DNA of 63,878 bases, the filler included, from Porpidia crustulata (lineage: Eukaryota): NCBI GenBank assembly GCA_964255105.1. It is 3 parts of 3 records of this genome, joined end to end, with 100 filler letters (N's around TTAATTAATTAA, not from the genome) between each part and the next. Parts side by side here need not be neighbours in the genome. Positions count along the whole stretch, not along the records: positions 21,721 to 43,245 come from CAXUWE010000102.1; positions 43,346 to 63,878 come from CAXUWE010000113.1; 1 more part is not named here. One strand, given 5' to 3'. Of the stretch, positions 36,471 to 49,051 are shown one piece after another; the stretch's first letter is position 1; every line of letters begins with the position of its first letter. A model generated the notes under the pieces. The model did no database searches. It saw only the letters and a program-made list of their open reading frames with translations, and was not told the DNA's origin. The position numbers and the translations under genes were made by a program.

Positions 36471-37156
36471 ATGTCCTCACACTCAAAAACCGACCTTCCA
36501 CCATCTCAATCCTTAATCCCCGCCACCAAACCCCTCCCACCAAGCAGGTCTACAAATGCAACGCACCTAACCCACGACTTCCCTCAGTATTTTGACTTCA
36601 GCGCCTACGATCTTCCCCCCCTTACACCCCTCGCATTATCCCGAGACGACATGGCCTTTCTAATCTACATCTCGTCGTCGGGAGAATACCTACTTTCCAA
36701 CGGCATTTCCGGAACTCTCTATCTAATAAAGCGCCCTCACCCAAATCCAAGCTCAAACTCTTCGTCTGTCGTCTCAATCCTGCTGCAAGCGATGAGAGAC
36801 AGCACGCTCGAAATGGTGGAGGTGGATGCTCTACCCGAGGAAGGAGAATACGCGGATGCAGAAGGCTGGACGATTTATCCGACGAGAAACTGAATGAGAT
36901 GAAGGATCTAGTACCTAGGGATAGTGAATTTGAGGAAAAGCGGGTCACGCTCATCATGGGAAGGAAAAATGATCAAGAAGAGGTTTTACTATTCAGATCT
37001 GATTGGCGATATCTTATTTACAAGGCGGGGATGATCTATCAGGTCGAAGAGCCGATGAAGCTTGGTGCCATAATTCCTCGTTTGATTGAGGACCGGAATG
37101 AGGAGAATTTGAAATTGCAGGTGGTGGGGAGATCATCCAAGTTCTCCAGACAATAA
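36471..37156 (+). CDS. Hypothetical protein, probably frameshifted near 36870, with an internally duplicated motif
   Basis: ORFs 36078-36893 and 36899-37156 carry similar segments (FLIYISSSGEYLL....GTLYLIKRP and LLFRSDWRYLIYKAGMIYQVEEP). Confidence 0.35.
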
Positions 37157-37454
37157 TAGACGCCATTAATCTGACGGGAGACTTATGGTTCGAGTATTTG
37201 TTCTTTGTATCGTATAAGATTATGACGAGTCAAAGGGCAACTTCATTTCAAACATGCACTTCATATATGGGAGTACTTGGCTGACTATGATTGCGCAAAT
37301 TACTGAAAATGCCAACATCGGACTACAAGGCTATCGTCCCGGAACGAGGTAAAACCTCAGGCTGTAAGAAAAGTAGTCCCAGGCCTGTTACTCGGAACTA
37401 CTTCACATTACGGGCAGATTGTATATCACTCGAAGCACGCACAACGCGCCTGGA

Positions 37455-37990
37455 CGTACGGACCCCTTTTTCGCGTGCTTTTCCTTGCGATTAACGTATA
37501 GTGCTAGGTTGCAGGAAGCGTGCTTTTCACAGCACCGATTGATCTTAGCAGACGGACGGATTTTTTTCCATTGCTACGCGCTATCTGGCGTGAGGATTTT
37601 GCTGCCGAAGACATCAACATGTGGTGCAATCTTGGCGAATTTGACAACGCATTCGCGATAAATAACCCAAATATGCCTCCTACCACGCAATACGCAAAGC
37701 TGGTCCGTGAATACTCACGACGAAAGCTTACGTACGACAGTGACATAATGGATGCGTTTAAAGGTGCGCTTCAATTTTTGGAGTCCATATTAAAGACACG
37801 GTGCTATTCTGGCCTACCTGAGGCGTACCTAGATTGGGCGCTCCTCTGGGCCTCTCCCGAGTCCTTGGTCCGACGTCCAGCCTTTCCGAGTTACAGCTGG
37901 GTCGGATGGAAGGGAGAAGTCCGCTTCCCAAGATTACCCGGCGGGTAAGCATATCTGGAGTGGCTGAAAGACTACTGCTGGATCGAGTAC
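37455..37990 (+). pseudogene. Remnant of a HET-domain (heterokaryon incompatibility) protein, region C-terminal to the HET domain
   Basis: Frameshifted SRA...LQE...RLI...IFFHC, then YAKLVREYSRRKLTYDSDIMDAFKG...GLP...LDWALLW...RRPAFPSYSWVGWKG. Confidence 0.65.
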
Positions 37991-38776
37991 GGCAAGCGAA
38001 GACTTGATGGCATCGATGTTCCAGTAATAGCCTTTAAGAGCTTGCATGCATTGTTCGAACTTGGCGATGCCCTCCCAGCCTCCACCGAGGCCAGGAAAAC
38101 GGATAAAGGACACCAGGGGGAACAGGCTCCAGCACGACGCCGCAAGTTGCTCGACTCGCGCAGCAAGATCTGCAGATATATCAACATTAACGACCCAACA
38201 TCCTATCCGTCTTTCGAAGACGACGTTGTCCTTTCATAATACTCTCTGTCGCATAGCCATGGGACCTGAACCGCTTCGAGGATGTTAAGATTACCTACAG
38301 CTCAGAGAGCGATGGCGATTCAATCCTCCCAACCGCGTCAGAAAGTCCACGCGGACAATCAACAACAGCGAACGAAACGACCGGCCCCCCATGGGCCATC
38401 ACCCAACCCAGCCCCAAAGCCGGTACCAAGATAAATGACAACGGATGGGGTTACGCATCCAAGAAAGATGGTGACATCTTCAACTTTGATTTTACAACGT
38501 GATGCTAGTGCACATGCCAAGCCCGTTGATCAGGCTTGATGACGGCGGCGAATTGACGGTGACGAGGATCTCCGAGCGTGTGGGCCTGGGCATCCTGCAT
38601 CACAAAGCCTTGAACTGGGCGCTTGAAGAGCCGTGGGGGAAGTATATTCTACTTGGTTGAGAAATTAGCTGCTTGATATGCTACACGGAGCCGTTCGGGA
38701 ATATACGTATCCACACCTCTCAAATCATGCCTGGGTTTTCTCAGTCACTTGCTCTTTCCTCCCTCTATATACCTCT

Positions 38777-39446
38777 ATATCGTCTTATGCAAAAGTTGGA
38801 GCCGATTTTGAAAATCTAAAATCTAAAAATTAAAAATTAGAAATTAAATCGCGGGGCAGTTCCCAAAGGCCAAAAGCACTGCTTTTGATACTGCAGCCAC
38901 CACCTGCTTATTTGATTGAATATCACATGTTCAACATCATAATGTGATGCTGTACAGATCATTTGTCCTCAGATTTATCGTTTCATCTTATTTTCGTCAT
39001 CATCAATTCTCTCATCAAGCTTCTCATTAGATCTACTATCATCAGATCTTTAATTAAATTCCTCATCAAGTTTCTCGTTCAGTCTAATATCAAGCTTGGC
39101 AACAGACTTTAGTAGCAGACCTAATTAAAGGCTTAACAGCAGACTCGAGGAAATTGATAGCAGGTCTAATGAAATACTTGACGGGAAAAAAAAGAATTCA
39201 ATGAGAAAGAAGAGATAGAGTGGGAAGGACGAACGCTGACAGCGAGGTGAGAACGTTCAATTTGGGGGGCAAATGATCTGTATAGCATTAAACTATGATG
39301 TTGGGCACATTATATCTAATTAAATAAGTAGATGTGACTGCAGTACCAAAAGCAGTGCTTTTGGCCTTCTGGAACTGCCCCGCGATTCTTTTGGAAGGGC
39401 TTTTTTTATTTGCAAAATCGGCTCCAACTTCTGCGTATGGCGATAT
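38777..39446. mobile_element. ~670-bp foldback/MITE-like element with ~200-bp imperfect inverted arms
   Basis: The left arm ATATCG...AAGTTGGAGCCGATTTTG...ATCGCGGGGCAGTTCC..AAGGCCAAAAGCACTGCTTTTG.TACTGCAG...CAGATCATTTG (38777-38975) is mirrored at ~39260-39446. Differences are mostly transitions. Confidence 0.75.
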
Positions 39447-39906
39447 CTCAAGGAAAATTTAAAAAAATCAGAAAGATATATAGGGCAAAAAAACAGGTTG
39501 GGAAGCGGGATTGGAAAGCACGTTTTTGTGAATTTATTGAGTTTGGCAGGAATAAAGGAAGGGAGAAAAAGAGGGGGGCGGATGAGGATGAGGCGAAAGG
39601 TATTACATCCGAGCACATCTATTGTAATAGGTAAGTGGGGCCGGGTCTTAACGACTCCGTCAACATTTTGCCTGTTTGCTTTCAAGTCATGACATTCCGA
39701 TGGAGGAGGCGACCAAAGACTAGCCGAAAAGCAACAATTTTGCAGCGATAAGAATCCCAGAAGCAAGGTTCGGATAATTTTTTTGGTGATGATTAGCTGA
39801 ATATATGGCGGGAAAATGCCGGGGCTGGTTGGGATTTCGATAGAGAGAAGAAAGAGAAGGATAATACGTGAAGTCTGTTGTTGATCTTTCAAGGTATCAA
39901 TCTTCC

Positions 39907-39972
39907 ATGCAACCAATTGCTTCACGAGATGCAGCCAATTGCTTCACGAGATGCAGCTAATTGCTTCACGAG
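39907..39972. repeat. Tandem repeat, 3 x 22 bp (ATGCAGCCAATTGCTTCACGAG)
   Basis: Units start at 39907, 39929 and 39951; the first and third each differ from the middle unit at one position. Confidence 0.9.
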
Positions 39973-41034
39973 CTAGGCCAACTTATGATCTGCGTATCAT
40001 CGTCCTCCTCCAGGATTTCCAACGCACTGAGATCATGTTTAAATTTGCGGGTACGCTCTGGGCTGCCAAAGGACGCAAGGGCTTGCTATCTTTGTTGAAG
40101 GTTCTTGATGGGCGCGGTGGAAGCTGATGACAATGCCACTATCCTGATTAGCGATCTAAAAACCGAGTATATTCTACAATCGTCTCCCATCTCCCATTCC
40201 AACAGACGGCTTTGGCTCCAATTACCCTCGTTGTCGATACGATAGAAGCGGAATGAGAGACCATCGGAAGCCGCACCATAGATGACGGAATTTTGCTGCT
40301 GCTCGTCCTTTCTGTAGGCATGTACTACCCCCATACATGCCGTCAGCTGGCCAAGACATGTATCGATGGAGTTGGTCTTCTTGGCTTCGATGATAATTAA
40401 GTTGGTAGCCAACTTTGCTCTCTTCGGCGATTCGTACCAGACCGCATAATCCGCATATCCGCTCAGCTGTCTGATCTCTTCCAGTAGATCACCTGACGTT
40501 GAAGTTGTGTGTCGTGCTGTAGTTCTAAGACCGCAAAGTCTTCTGGCTGTGATGAAGCTCGCTGCTGAGCGATCTGCGTGTGGGTTTCCTCGTATATTGC
40601 GGATACTAGGATTTGATCTATTATTGTTCGTGAGAATGCTTCATTCGTCTGATGAGTTTGGGAGGTGACTGTTAAGATTCTATCAATGTTGTCTGAGAGA
40701 TACTGGGGTACTGCTAGTTCATCGATGCTGTCCCAAAGAACATCTTTAGTCTGACGCAAGTTGAAAATTTGACGTGCATCAGGAAGAGAGAGCGTCGATG
40801 GTGCAAGCTATTAATCTTAGTTCTATCACATCAGTAATGCGATCATCGGATGAAATTTACTGATGGGATCCTTTGTCGTGCATTACTATCGAGTTCGTTG
40901 ATGCCGTGTTTCAGGTCGTTCCAGGCAACTTTACAGCCAGCCAGTTCAGTATCAAATAGCTCTTTAAGGTCATAAACGTCCAATTCCCGTTTCATCTTCT
41001 TAGACTCGGTAGCGGCAGCTTCAGTAGGTGCCAT
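39966..41034 (-). pseudogene. PD-(D/E)XK restriction-endonuclease-fold protein (Crinkler REase-like), disrupted
   Basis: NEAFSRTIIDQIL...LSGYADYAVWY...NLIIIEAKK...LGQL..CMG...VIYGAASDG..FRF..IDNEG. Frameshift near 40485; in-frame TAG at 40086-40088 with the frame continuing to 39966. Confidence 0.65.
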
Positions 41035-41717
41035 GATCAAAGTCTGGTTGGACGGACTTCATTCGACTATGAAAAAAAGCGAGCCACAACGTAAATGTGA
41101 ACCTTGTGGTTCATGAAGCAACAAGGAAGCAGAGGGAGGGCCTGGAGGGGAGCAGCAGGAGGAATAAGCGTTGGAGGCTACATATGGAAAACAACCCGAA
41201 ATGGAGAAATGGTGATGGTGGTGTGGTGGATGGCGTGGAAAGTAGTTGATTCCTGGACATTCTTTTTGGTTAGTCTCTTGCGAAAGTCTAGAGGAGGTGG
41301 AGAGGTATAACCCTGTAATCACGGGACGGACCGCGATAATCCGTCGGATAGCTTAGACCAGGATTACTCAGGCTAGTTTTTAATCTCTGGACACTTAAGC
41401 GAATTTAATCAATTAATCACGCATGTTTTAATTTCTATCATAACATCAACGTATTGCAAGGCGTTAAAATCAATTGCAAGTTAAGTTTTTAATTGTGACT
41501 ACTATTCATGTTTAAATTATAATTAAACTCATTGTTATGGACTCATGAGATTTTTGTTTTGCTTTTGTCGCGTATGCTTGGCTTACGAAAAATAAGCTCA
41601 ATATTTAGCTTCTCTATTTGTTGAAGGAGGGGGATAAACGTTCGTCAACTCACGACTTGCTTGGGGAAATACAATTACATGAATCACACAATAGAGACCA
41701 TCGCGACATCAACAACC

Positions 41718-42592
41718 ATGGCTTTGTCGGACTCAACGCTGGCCGACGGTGAGCAGTCTAGTACGAGTGACAAGACTGATTCCCTCGTCGCCAATGTGAA
41801 GAGGGACCGGTAAGCAACCGCACCCGCCCCACCGGCTGGAGCCGAAAAGAGCGCCGATGCTTAAGCCACTGATCCGGAGAAGACCCTGCCTGCTGCAGCT
41901 AGCAGCGCAGGGCAAGATCATATCGAGTATCCCGCCGGCATCAAACAGGCCCTCATTGTCCTCGGTGTCCTTCTCGACACGTTCCCGGTTTCCCTTGATT
42001 TTGTACGCTTTTCGAATCTCTGAAAACCCCCCTGATAGCTAATCTTCCTCTCTAGATTATCGTCGCAACTGCAGTCCCCAAGATCACCGACGAGTTTCAC
42101 GGCCTGAGCAACGTTATGGCTCCGCGTTTTTCATGACCATCGCTAGTTTTCAAGCGCCGTGGGGCAAAGCCTACGAGTTCTTCCCGCTCAAAGCGACCTT
42201 CCTGTTCATCAGCTTTGTTTTGGAGCTTGGCAGCTTAATCTATGCCGTTACTCCTAGTTCCGCAGTCCTCATTCTCGGTCGAGCTATCGTAGGCGTGGGC
42301 AGTGCCGGCGTTAGCGGCGGGGGGTATGCGATCATCCCTCTGTCCGCGGATTCGAAGCGGCGCGCTGTCTTGACCGGCATGCTGGGCATGGTTCGCGTCG
42401 GCATCGCGTACGTCATCCTCGGCGGTGTCTTTTTGGATCATGTCACGTGGCGCTAGTGTTTCTACATCAGCCTACCGCTGACTGGGCTTTCAATCATTAT
42501 TGTTCTGTTTGACTTCCACACGTCGGCCCAAGGTAAACCGATCAATGCTTCTCTTCTGGAGAAGATTCACCAAATGGATCTTCTCGGTACAT
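41718..42592 (+). pseudogene. DHA2/toxin-efflux MFS transporter, truncated pseudogene
   Basis: EYPAG...VSLD, an intron, IIVATAVPKITDEFHGL...QAPWGKAY.FFPLK...ELGSLI...LGRAIVGVGSAG...LGGVF.DHVTWR*CFYISLP...MDLLG. Has frameshifts, a TAG at 42454, and no C-terminal half. Confidence 0.8.
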
Positions 42593-43245
42593 TCCAAGGG
42601 GGTTTGAGAGCATGGAGCGAGAAGCTTGTGTCTCAGCGATTTCCCATCTACGATGCATATTCGACACTCCTACAGAATCCAACTACAGGGGCGATTCCAG
42701 ACGTAACCGTGTTCTCGGCCCGCTTAAAAATCCAGGGGCTTAAGCCAAATAACAGACTCATTGATGACGGGATGGGGTTGCGGGTTCAACAATAATGACG
42801 AAAAGCAGGGTGGAGTTACGCGAAAAAAAATCGAACTTTAATGGTATTTAATGTAGATCACGATGAAGTGGATACGTATCTTTGTGTAAAACGGTAAGTA
42901 CGTGAATAAGTCTTAACGAAGACAGAGCCGTGCTGATTTTCTGTAGCTTTCCCGTGTTTGCGTCATTGTATCTCTTTATCGCTCATCTGCCTCTCTTACA
43001 ACTAACATCATCACTCAATCCCTCGCATCCCTCATATCCTCGATATTATCTCTCACCCCACAAACGTCCTTCCCCACCTCCTGCCTCCCCTCAAGCCGGA
43101 CATAGGATACAGCTCGAATACGGGCTGATGTCATTGACCGGCGCGCAGAATCCATATGGCACCAAAGCCGCACCGCAGTAGTACTTGCAGCAAGGCTGCG
43201 CGGGTGTTGGACAGCCGCTTGCACTGACCTGGGCGAGTGGAGGGC

Positions 43246-43345
43246 NNNNNNNNNNNNNNNNNNNNNNNNNNNNNNNNNNNNNNNNNNNNTTAATTAATTA
43301 ANNNNNNNNNNNNNNNNNNNNNNNNNNNNNNNNNNNNNNNNNNNN
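43246..43345. other. Artificial contig-joining spacer (N44-TTAATTAATTAA-N44)
   Basis: Same 100-bp structure as 21621-21720. Confidence 0.95.
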
Positions 43346-43835
43346 CTCTGTATGTGAAGGCGACATCTTTATTATGGCTTTGACATTATCCGAAGTCTTG
43401 AGAAATCGAATGTTAAAAACAGAAAGATGATTGCTCAATCGATTAAGTGCTGCTATCGCGTTGTATCTCTGCACGTAGAGGCGACATCTTTTTTGTTGCT
43501 CTAGCGTCACGCACGATCTAAGCAGAAAAGTAGTTTTTTTTTATTGTATATCTGAAATCACTTGGGCTCTATCATTAACCAGCCTTACTCCGATCTCAAT
43601 CTCCTGATCGCTTGCTGTATCCCGGATATCAAGGACAAAAGGATAACTGCTTGATCGATTAAGTGCTGCTATCATGTTGAATTTCGACACGCAGAGCCGA
43701 TATCTTTTTTATTGCTTTGGCATACCTCACCATCTGAATGGGATGTAGTCGCCAGTCCTCGTATATCTGAAACTATTTGGGTTATATTAGCCAACTCTTG
43801 GTCCCACTGTTCATCTCCTAATCACTTGGGCTGTT
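43346..43835. repeat. Degenerate ~215-bp direct duplication plus a partial third unit
   Basis: ATCGATTAAGTGCTGCTATC at ~43438 and ~43654; GTATATCTGAAA...TTGGG at ~43546 and ~43761; G(G/C)CGA(C/T)ATCTTT at ~43360, ~43480 and ~43695. Confidence 0.6.
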
Positions 43836-45748
43836 TCCTCGATTTTATCTGCGAGCTTGCTTAAGTCTTTCTTCCGGGATTCCAGTATTGTGTATATATC
43901 TTGATATACTTGATATTGTTATTGGAAGTTATTATATAGCAGATTAGTAGAAAAGAAAAGCAAATCTGCGCACATTTCCGGAATGAAAGTTCCCGAAAAC
44001 TCCACGATAGAATTATGGTATAATGCTTGAATATACTTGATGCGTGCTTTCAGTGTACTTCTTCGCGTATTGGACTTCGTCGATGATTAGATGCGTAAAG
44101 GGGAAGTTTGGTATCTTGATGAGTATTTAAGAAGAGTGATGAGACTGGTCTTTGGTGATCTCGTCTTTTTGGGGACGAGACAGCTATCTATTTCAGGTCC
44201 CAATTCTTGAACGTTATTAATAAATTCTGATACCGAGAAAGTTTGCGGTATTGGTGCTCTACAAACTGATATGTGGTTATGATGAATTCCCAACCGCCAT
44301 CTAGGACCTACCTCGCTATAGTATTCGGGCATGCTGTAGGATTGTTGTTAGACAGATAATATTCTACCAATTATTGTCCAAGGGCTATTCTGCTCTGGTG
44401 ATGGTCTTCTACGTGCAGTTTTCTATGATTTGAATTCTTCAAGAATCAAGATAGGTAGTCTGTATCGATTCCCAGGATGTATCTCTCACGTGTCCTTCCA
44501 GCAGCTGAAAAGTGCGAATCGATTTTGTACTGCATTTTCCCGTCATACTGTTTGATCTTCACCCCAGTATGAATCTTGGATAGTCCTTAGCGATTACATG
44601 ATATAGCAGTAATATATTACTAAATCATGCGTGAAAGTAGGAAATCACTCCTGATTTATTTCAGTAATCATGTCTCAGCCGCTGTCGATATGGTGATCAC
44701 CAGGATTACGCATTTCCCATGATCCCAAACGCTCAGGTTTTCTTGTTAGCACAAGAGAAACTCCGGACCGTCCAAGTTTTATCTCGAAGTATAGAAATCA
44801 TGTATATTGTTGAATTTCGATTGCGGGATTTTGAGCACCTCTTCGCCAATTCAATAAAGCCGGCCAAGTGCTTGGAAAATGGTATTCCCGTTTATGGGGA
44901 CGTCCAAAAAGACGATGTTCGAGCTTGCGCTCTTTAGATTGACACTGGCTGACGTCGTCTTCAGCGAACATAGTAGTTTGTTCACTGGATTGTTGAGATC
45001 GTTGAATTGAGCACAGGCCTTGTTCTGTCTTTCGAGGTCTGTACATTAAAATCAATATTGGTCAGATAGGCCGTGGCGAGTCATAGTATGACCGGTCAGT
45101 CAGTAAATATCAGAGTTTTTTGCTTCTTCAATCGGCATACCTGATGGCAGATGTGGGCCAACATTCGAAGCTTCGCGAACGGAGCGGTGATATATCAGTT
45201 CATACTGACTCGGTCAACACAGGAGGGTACGTAGGCGTTCCCCCGAGTCCTCCTATGACATATCGAGGCGTCATAGTCCTTGCGTCAGCTCCATCCCTTA
45301 TATTCAGAATTACTTCGTGATCGAGCTGAAAGAGATAAAAAACAAAATTCTTGTATTAATGTACGCATTAGCTTCAGGATTCATAGTTTAAAGGGTCGTG
45401 GAATACATGTCTGAGCTTCATGAACAGCTAAATAATCATCATTCGTTTTCAAATCGTCGTACAACGACATTTTGACTGTTTTGATTTTGTGTTACTTGGG
45501 TTGTGTGAGAACTGATCATTTGACACGGATCCGCGATCAACGTGCTTGAAAATAATTTTGATCGAGCCAGATTTATCCAACTTCAGGTTCAGCGAAGCAT
45601 GACATAGGCGGCGCAGAGTCGTCTGATTGAGGCGATACTGCGTCGTCTCCATTACCGTGTCGGCCTCCATCTTCGATCGTTGTTACTGGTGAACCTTATG
45701 ATAAAGAGCTGACTAAAATCGGGCATTTTGAGATCCACTTTCGTGATT

Positions 45749-46211
45749 TCAATAGGGTGGGATATTGGCCCCGATACGTGTCTTGACACCATTTACCTCG
45801 ACAAAATCAGACATAGTCCAGCGAGGTTGTATCAGTCGCAATATAGGCGGCAGGACAATGTGGGCGTTTTGTGTTGTCATTTGTAGACCTCCGGTCGGGG
45901 TGGCGCTATTCAGATGATGGAACAGATAAAAATCGGAGAATATCCAGCCATATGCTTCAGGAAACGCATTGTCCATGTAGTCGTTTGGGCCGCATACGGC
46001 CACGATCCGAAACCCAGGCGCAATGTTGAGGAGGCACATCGACGCAAAAAGGCGCCAACGTAGATGACTCTGTGTTCGTGAGGAATTCTTTTGTGGGAGG
46101 AGTTCGAGGATTGAAAGGTCTGGAAATGGCGGTTTTTATACCAGTTCTAGGAGCAGCGGCTGGGGCAATTTGAGCCCCCGGCACGGGGGCACTGGGGGGT
46201 GGAACTAGCAC
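45749..46211 (-). pseudogene. Fragment of an uncharacterised fungal protein family (RIVAVCG...GWIFSDFYLFHHL)
   Basis: A conserved-looking block is split across two frames and truncated after FHHL. Confidence 0.4.
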
Positions 46212-49051
46212 TTCTAAGACAGTACTCTAGCGGGGACCTGTGTCATCTCATTAACGTCGTACGCATCCCAAACGCGCTGCAAGTCACCGTGGTGGTAGTG
46301 GTGGAGGTGGCCGAGTTCCACACCCACGGACGATTAGGCGCACTTCTCAGATCTTCGGATTCGACAAAGACATGATCCTTGTCCATCGCCCAATCGCGAA
46401 GAATATATACGCCGGCGCGCGCGCCGGATCTGCAGAGGAAGTCCTGCATACTTGGGGAAACGGCAAAGACTGCTTGGTAGCGCGGAAAAACTTGTCATTT
46501 TGAGCGTTTAGGTCTCCTTGAATCTCCTGAAGATACGACCGACATTCCGCCAGAGGAGAATTTCTCATAGGCGCCATGGCCATTTTAATTCGAGCTCTAA
46601 GAGGCCCAAAGCTGCCTCTGCGCGGTCTTTCCAGAAGTTTGTGCCTAATCATCGAGTTTAGCTGACTCAATGAGCCTTTCCTTGAAAGGAGGATTCGACA
46701 AAGTGATCGTAGTGAGGCGTGTCGAGTGTAGTAGAAAAGAGGTTATATGAAAATGAGAAAGTGGAAATATGCGCGCGAATTCCAGAGAGGAAGAATATAG
46801 TCGGGCAAAGGATGAGTTCCTTGCCGTAGAATATTTCCGTTGCTGAAGTCGAAGTCTCATTGTCGACTATGATGAAATGCTCATGACAAGTTTGGCCTGA
46901 GCGTTGCATGATTATTACAACAAACAACATTTGTTATGCTGCCGGCTAAAATTGCTTCAAATATTTTTTGTTGTAGTTGAATGCGGTTCGATTCCACCAG
47001 ATTTTCAATTGCACGACAATCAAAGCCTTGATAGTGTTTAAGCCAACATCATCTGCGCCTTCAGTCATCAATAGCGAAGTAGTCGGATCAGCGTCATCAA
47101 ACAATCTACGAATGAGATCTCGATCTGCTCTGCTCACAGTGCCGTCGTATCATATGGATTTGACGTCGAATCGTTTGATCAGGGCTGCATCGATGATATT
47201 CAGAAATCGAAGAAAGCCGGAGAAGACTATCATGCTCTCATCGAAATAGCATTCTATCAATCATTGATACAGCGTCAGAAAATACTCTGCTCTTGCTGAT
47301 TCGAACATCGTGTCGTCTTCTTTCAGGCCTTTCAGTCATTGCTGCCTCGTTTTATTCGCTTCATCTTCATCTGGATTCCTGAAGTTATCCTCGGCGGGAT
47401 TGAAATCTTCGTCAACCGTCATTTTCTGACAAACTAATGCGGGATGAAGGGAATATTGTAATGCCTTGACAGTTTATTGTGGTTTGTGGGCGAGGGGCAT
47501 CGATTTTGATACCGAGTGGGATGGCTGTCCGCGAGTACTTCTTTTTCCCTCCCTTCTTTGCTGGATATTGTCTCCAGCTGGGGGAGTGGACCCTTCGAGT
47601 TACTTGAACTTTCTTGTTCAAATTAAACATGATTTGATAATTAAACAGTTTTTCCACGAATAATCAGGGTTGAAGGGGCTCCTTAGTCTTGCCATTTGTA
47701 TTTCTCTCGTGCATTTGCTCGCAGACATTGAATTTTGCGAATTGGACTTGGTTTATATAAAGAAATGTAGAAGGTCTCTTATAACCGCAATGAGAATATC
47801 TCTATCAAGTCCAGTGGCCCTTCACTCTCTCCCACCACGTTGAATCTGTCTCCACGTTTTACGAAGTTTCTGATTTCTATCTGATGAGATATTGAATAAG
47901 AAGGTCGGCGGGTTCCGTCTTCAGGGGTTTTTTCATCATGATTAGAATAACGCATTTGCTTTTCCGGGATCTTACAATATCAAACATGCGAATACGATCA
48001 ATATATGCGCAATTTCGAAGAAAGCTGAAGAACCAACGTTATAGTCAGTCATCAGATGAGAGCTTGTGTTCTGCGACTCCAACATGCGATAGGTTTCGAA
48101 AGTCTGTAGTTGCTGTAGTTTTTGGAATCATTTTCTGAGCTATTATCGTAGGACCTCTTGAGATATCCTTCGGTGAGACTAGGGTTAGTAAGATTTCTGC
48201 AATTCGATGTATAACACTCCACGTCTTCTTTTCGGAGAGCCTCGCCGTACAGATCCAGACTTCAAGTCAACACATTACTCTTAGTATGCTGACCTTGGGT
48301 GGGGCTCTAAACGCGCATCAGCAGCCTCCTTACTCTCGTAAACAGCGAAGCCAATACCCAACTGAGCCAGCTCCGCCAAGTCATCCAGTTTCGGAAAGCT
48401 TCTATAATTCCATCTGCGAGATACGGGCGGGGGAACGACAGCGGTGACGACGGAAGACTGCGCATGCGCGTAAGCTAATTATTCGTCATTGAGCCACTGC
48501 CATGTATATACCATGTTTAGAATAGGTTTAAACTAAAGTTGACCAGAATTCGTAAGTTAAATTCTTAATCGGAGAATAACAAGTGAAGACATAACACTGT
48601 CGGAAACGCGTCATCAAGAAATTAAACCCGCATTCAACACGTAAGGAAGAAATAAATATTATATACGAATTGTGTGGAAGTGCTCTGACATGTTCTACTG
48701 ATCTTATGAGTAGCTTGACGGCTCCAGTCGATGTGCCAGGATAAGAGCCTTGGATTATTACACCAACTTTATCTACTGATACAGACTCTTTTAATTTTAG
48801 TTGAGGTGCATTAAAATGGTAATTTAGATGATTCGAGAGACATATGAATTTGGGCGAGGTTGCTGAAACTAGCGTGCTGCACAAACAATAGCAGCTTTCT
48901 CGTAGTTTTCTCGCGATGTTCAGGCGCGGTGATGCAACGGTACAATAGGTGTCGAGGCGCCGAACCTCTTGACGCGGCTGGCCATCCATCGCTGAAGGAT
49001 TGACTGCGCAGGGTCTTCGGTTACGGTCCTTCGCTGCATTCCCCTGTCGCA

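Noticed and set aside
39320..39925. 201-aa minus-strand ORF
   Set aside because: Low-complexity, overlaps the foldback arm and has no recognisable motifs; likely spurious.
39907..39972. Possible CRISPR-like array
   Set aside because: Contiguous tandem repeats without spacers, in eukaryotic DNA with no cas genes.
48179..48197. CTAGGGTTAGTAAGATT resembling part of element D
   Set aside because: Only a partial telomeric motif; no TACTCG/CGAGTA ends or subterminal motif nearby.
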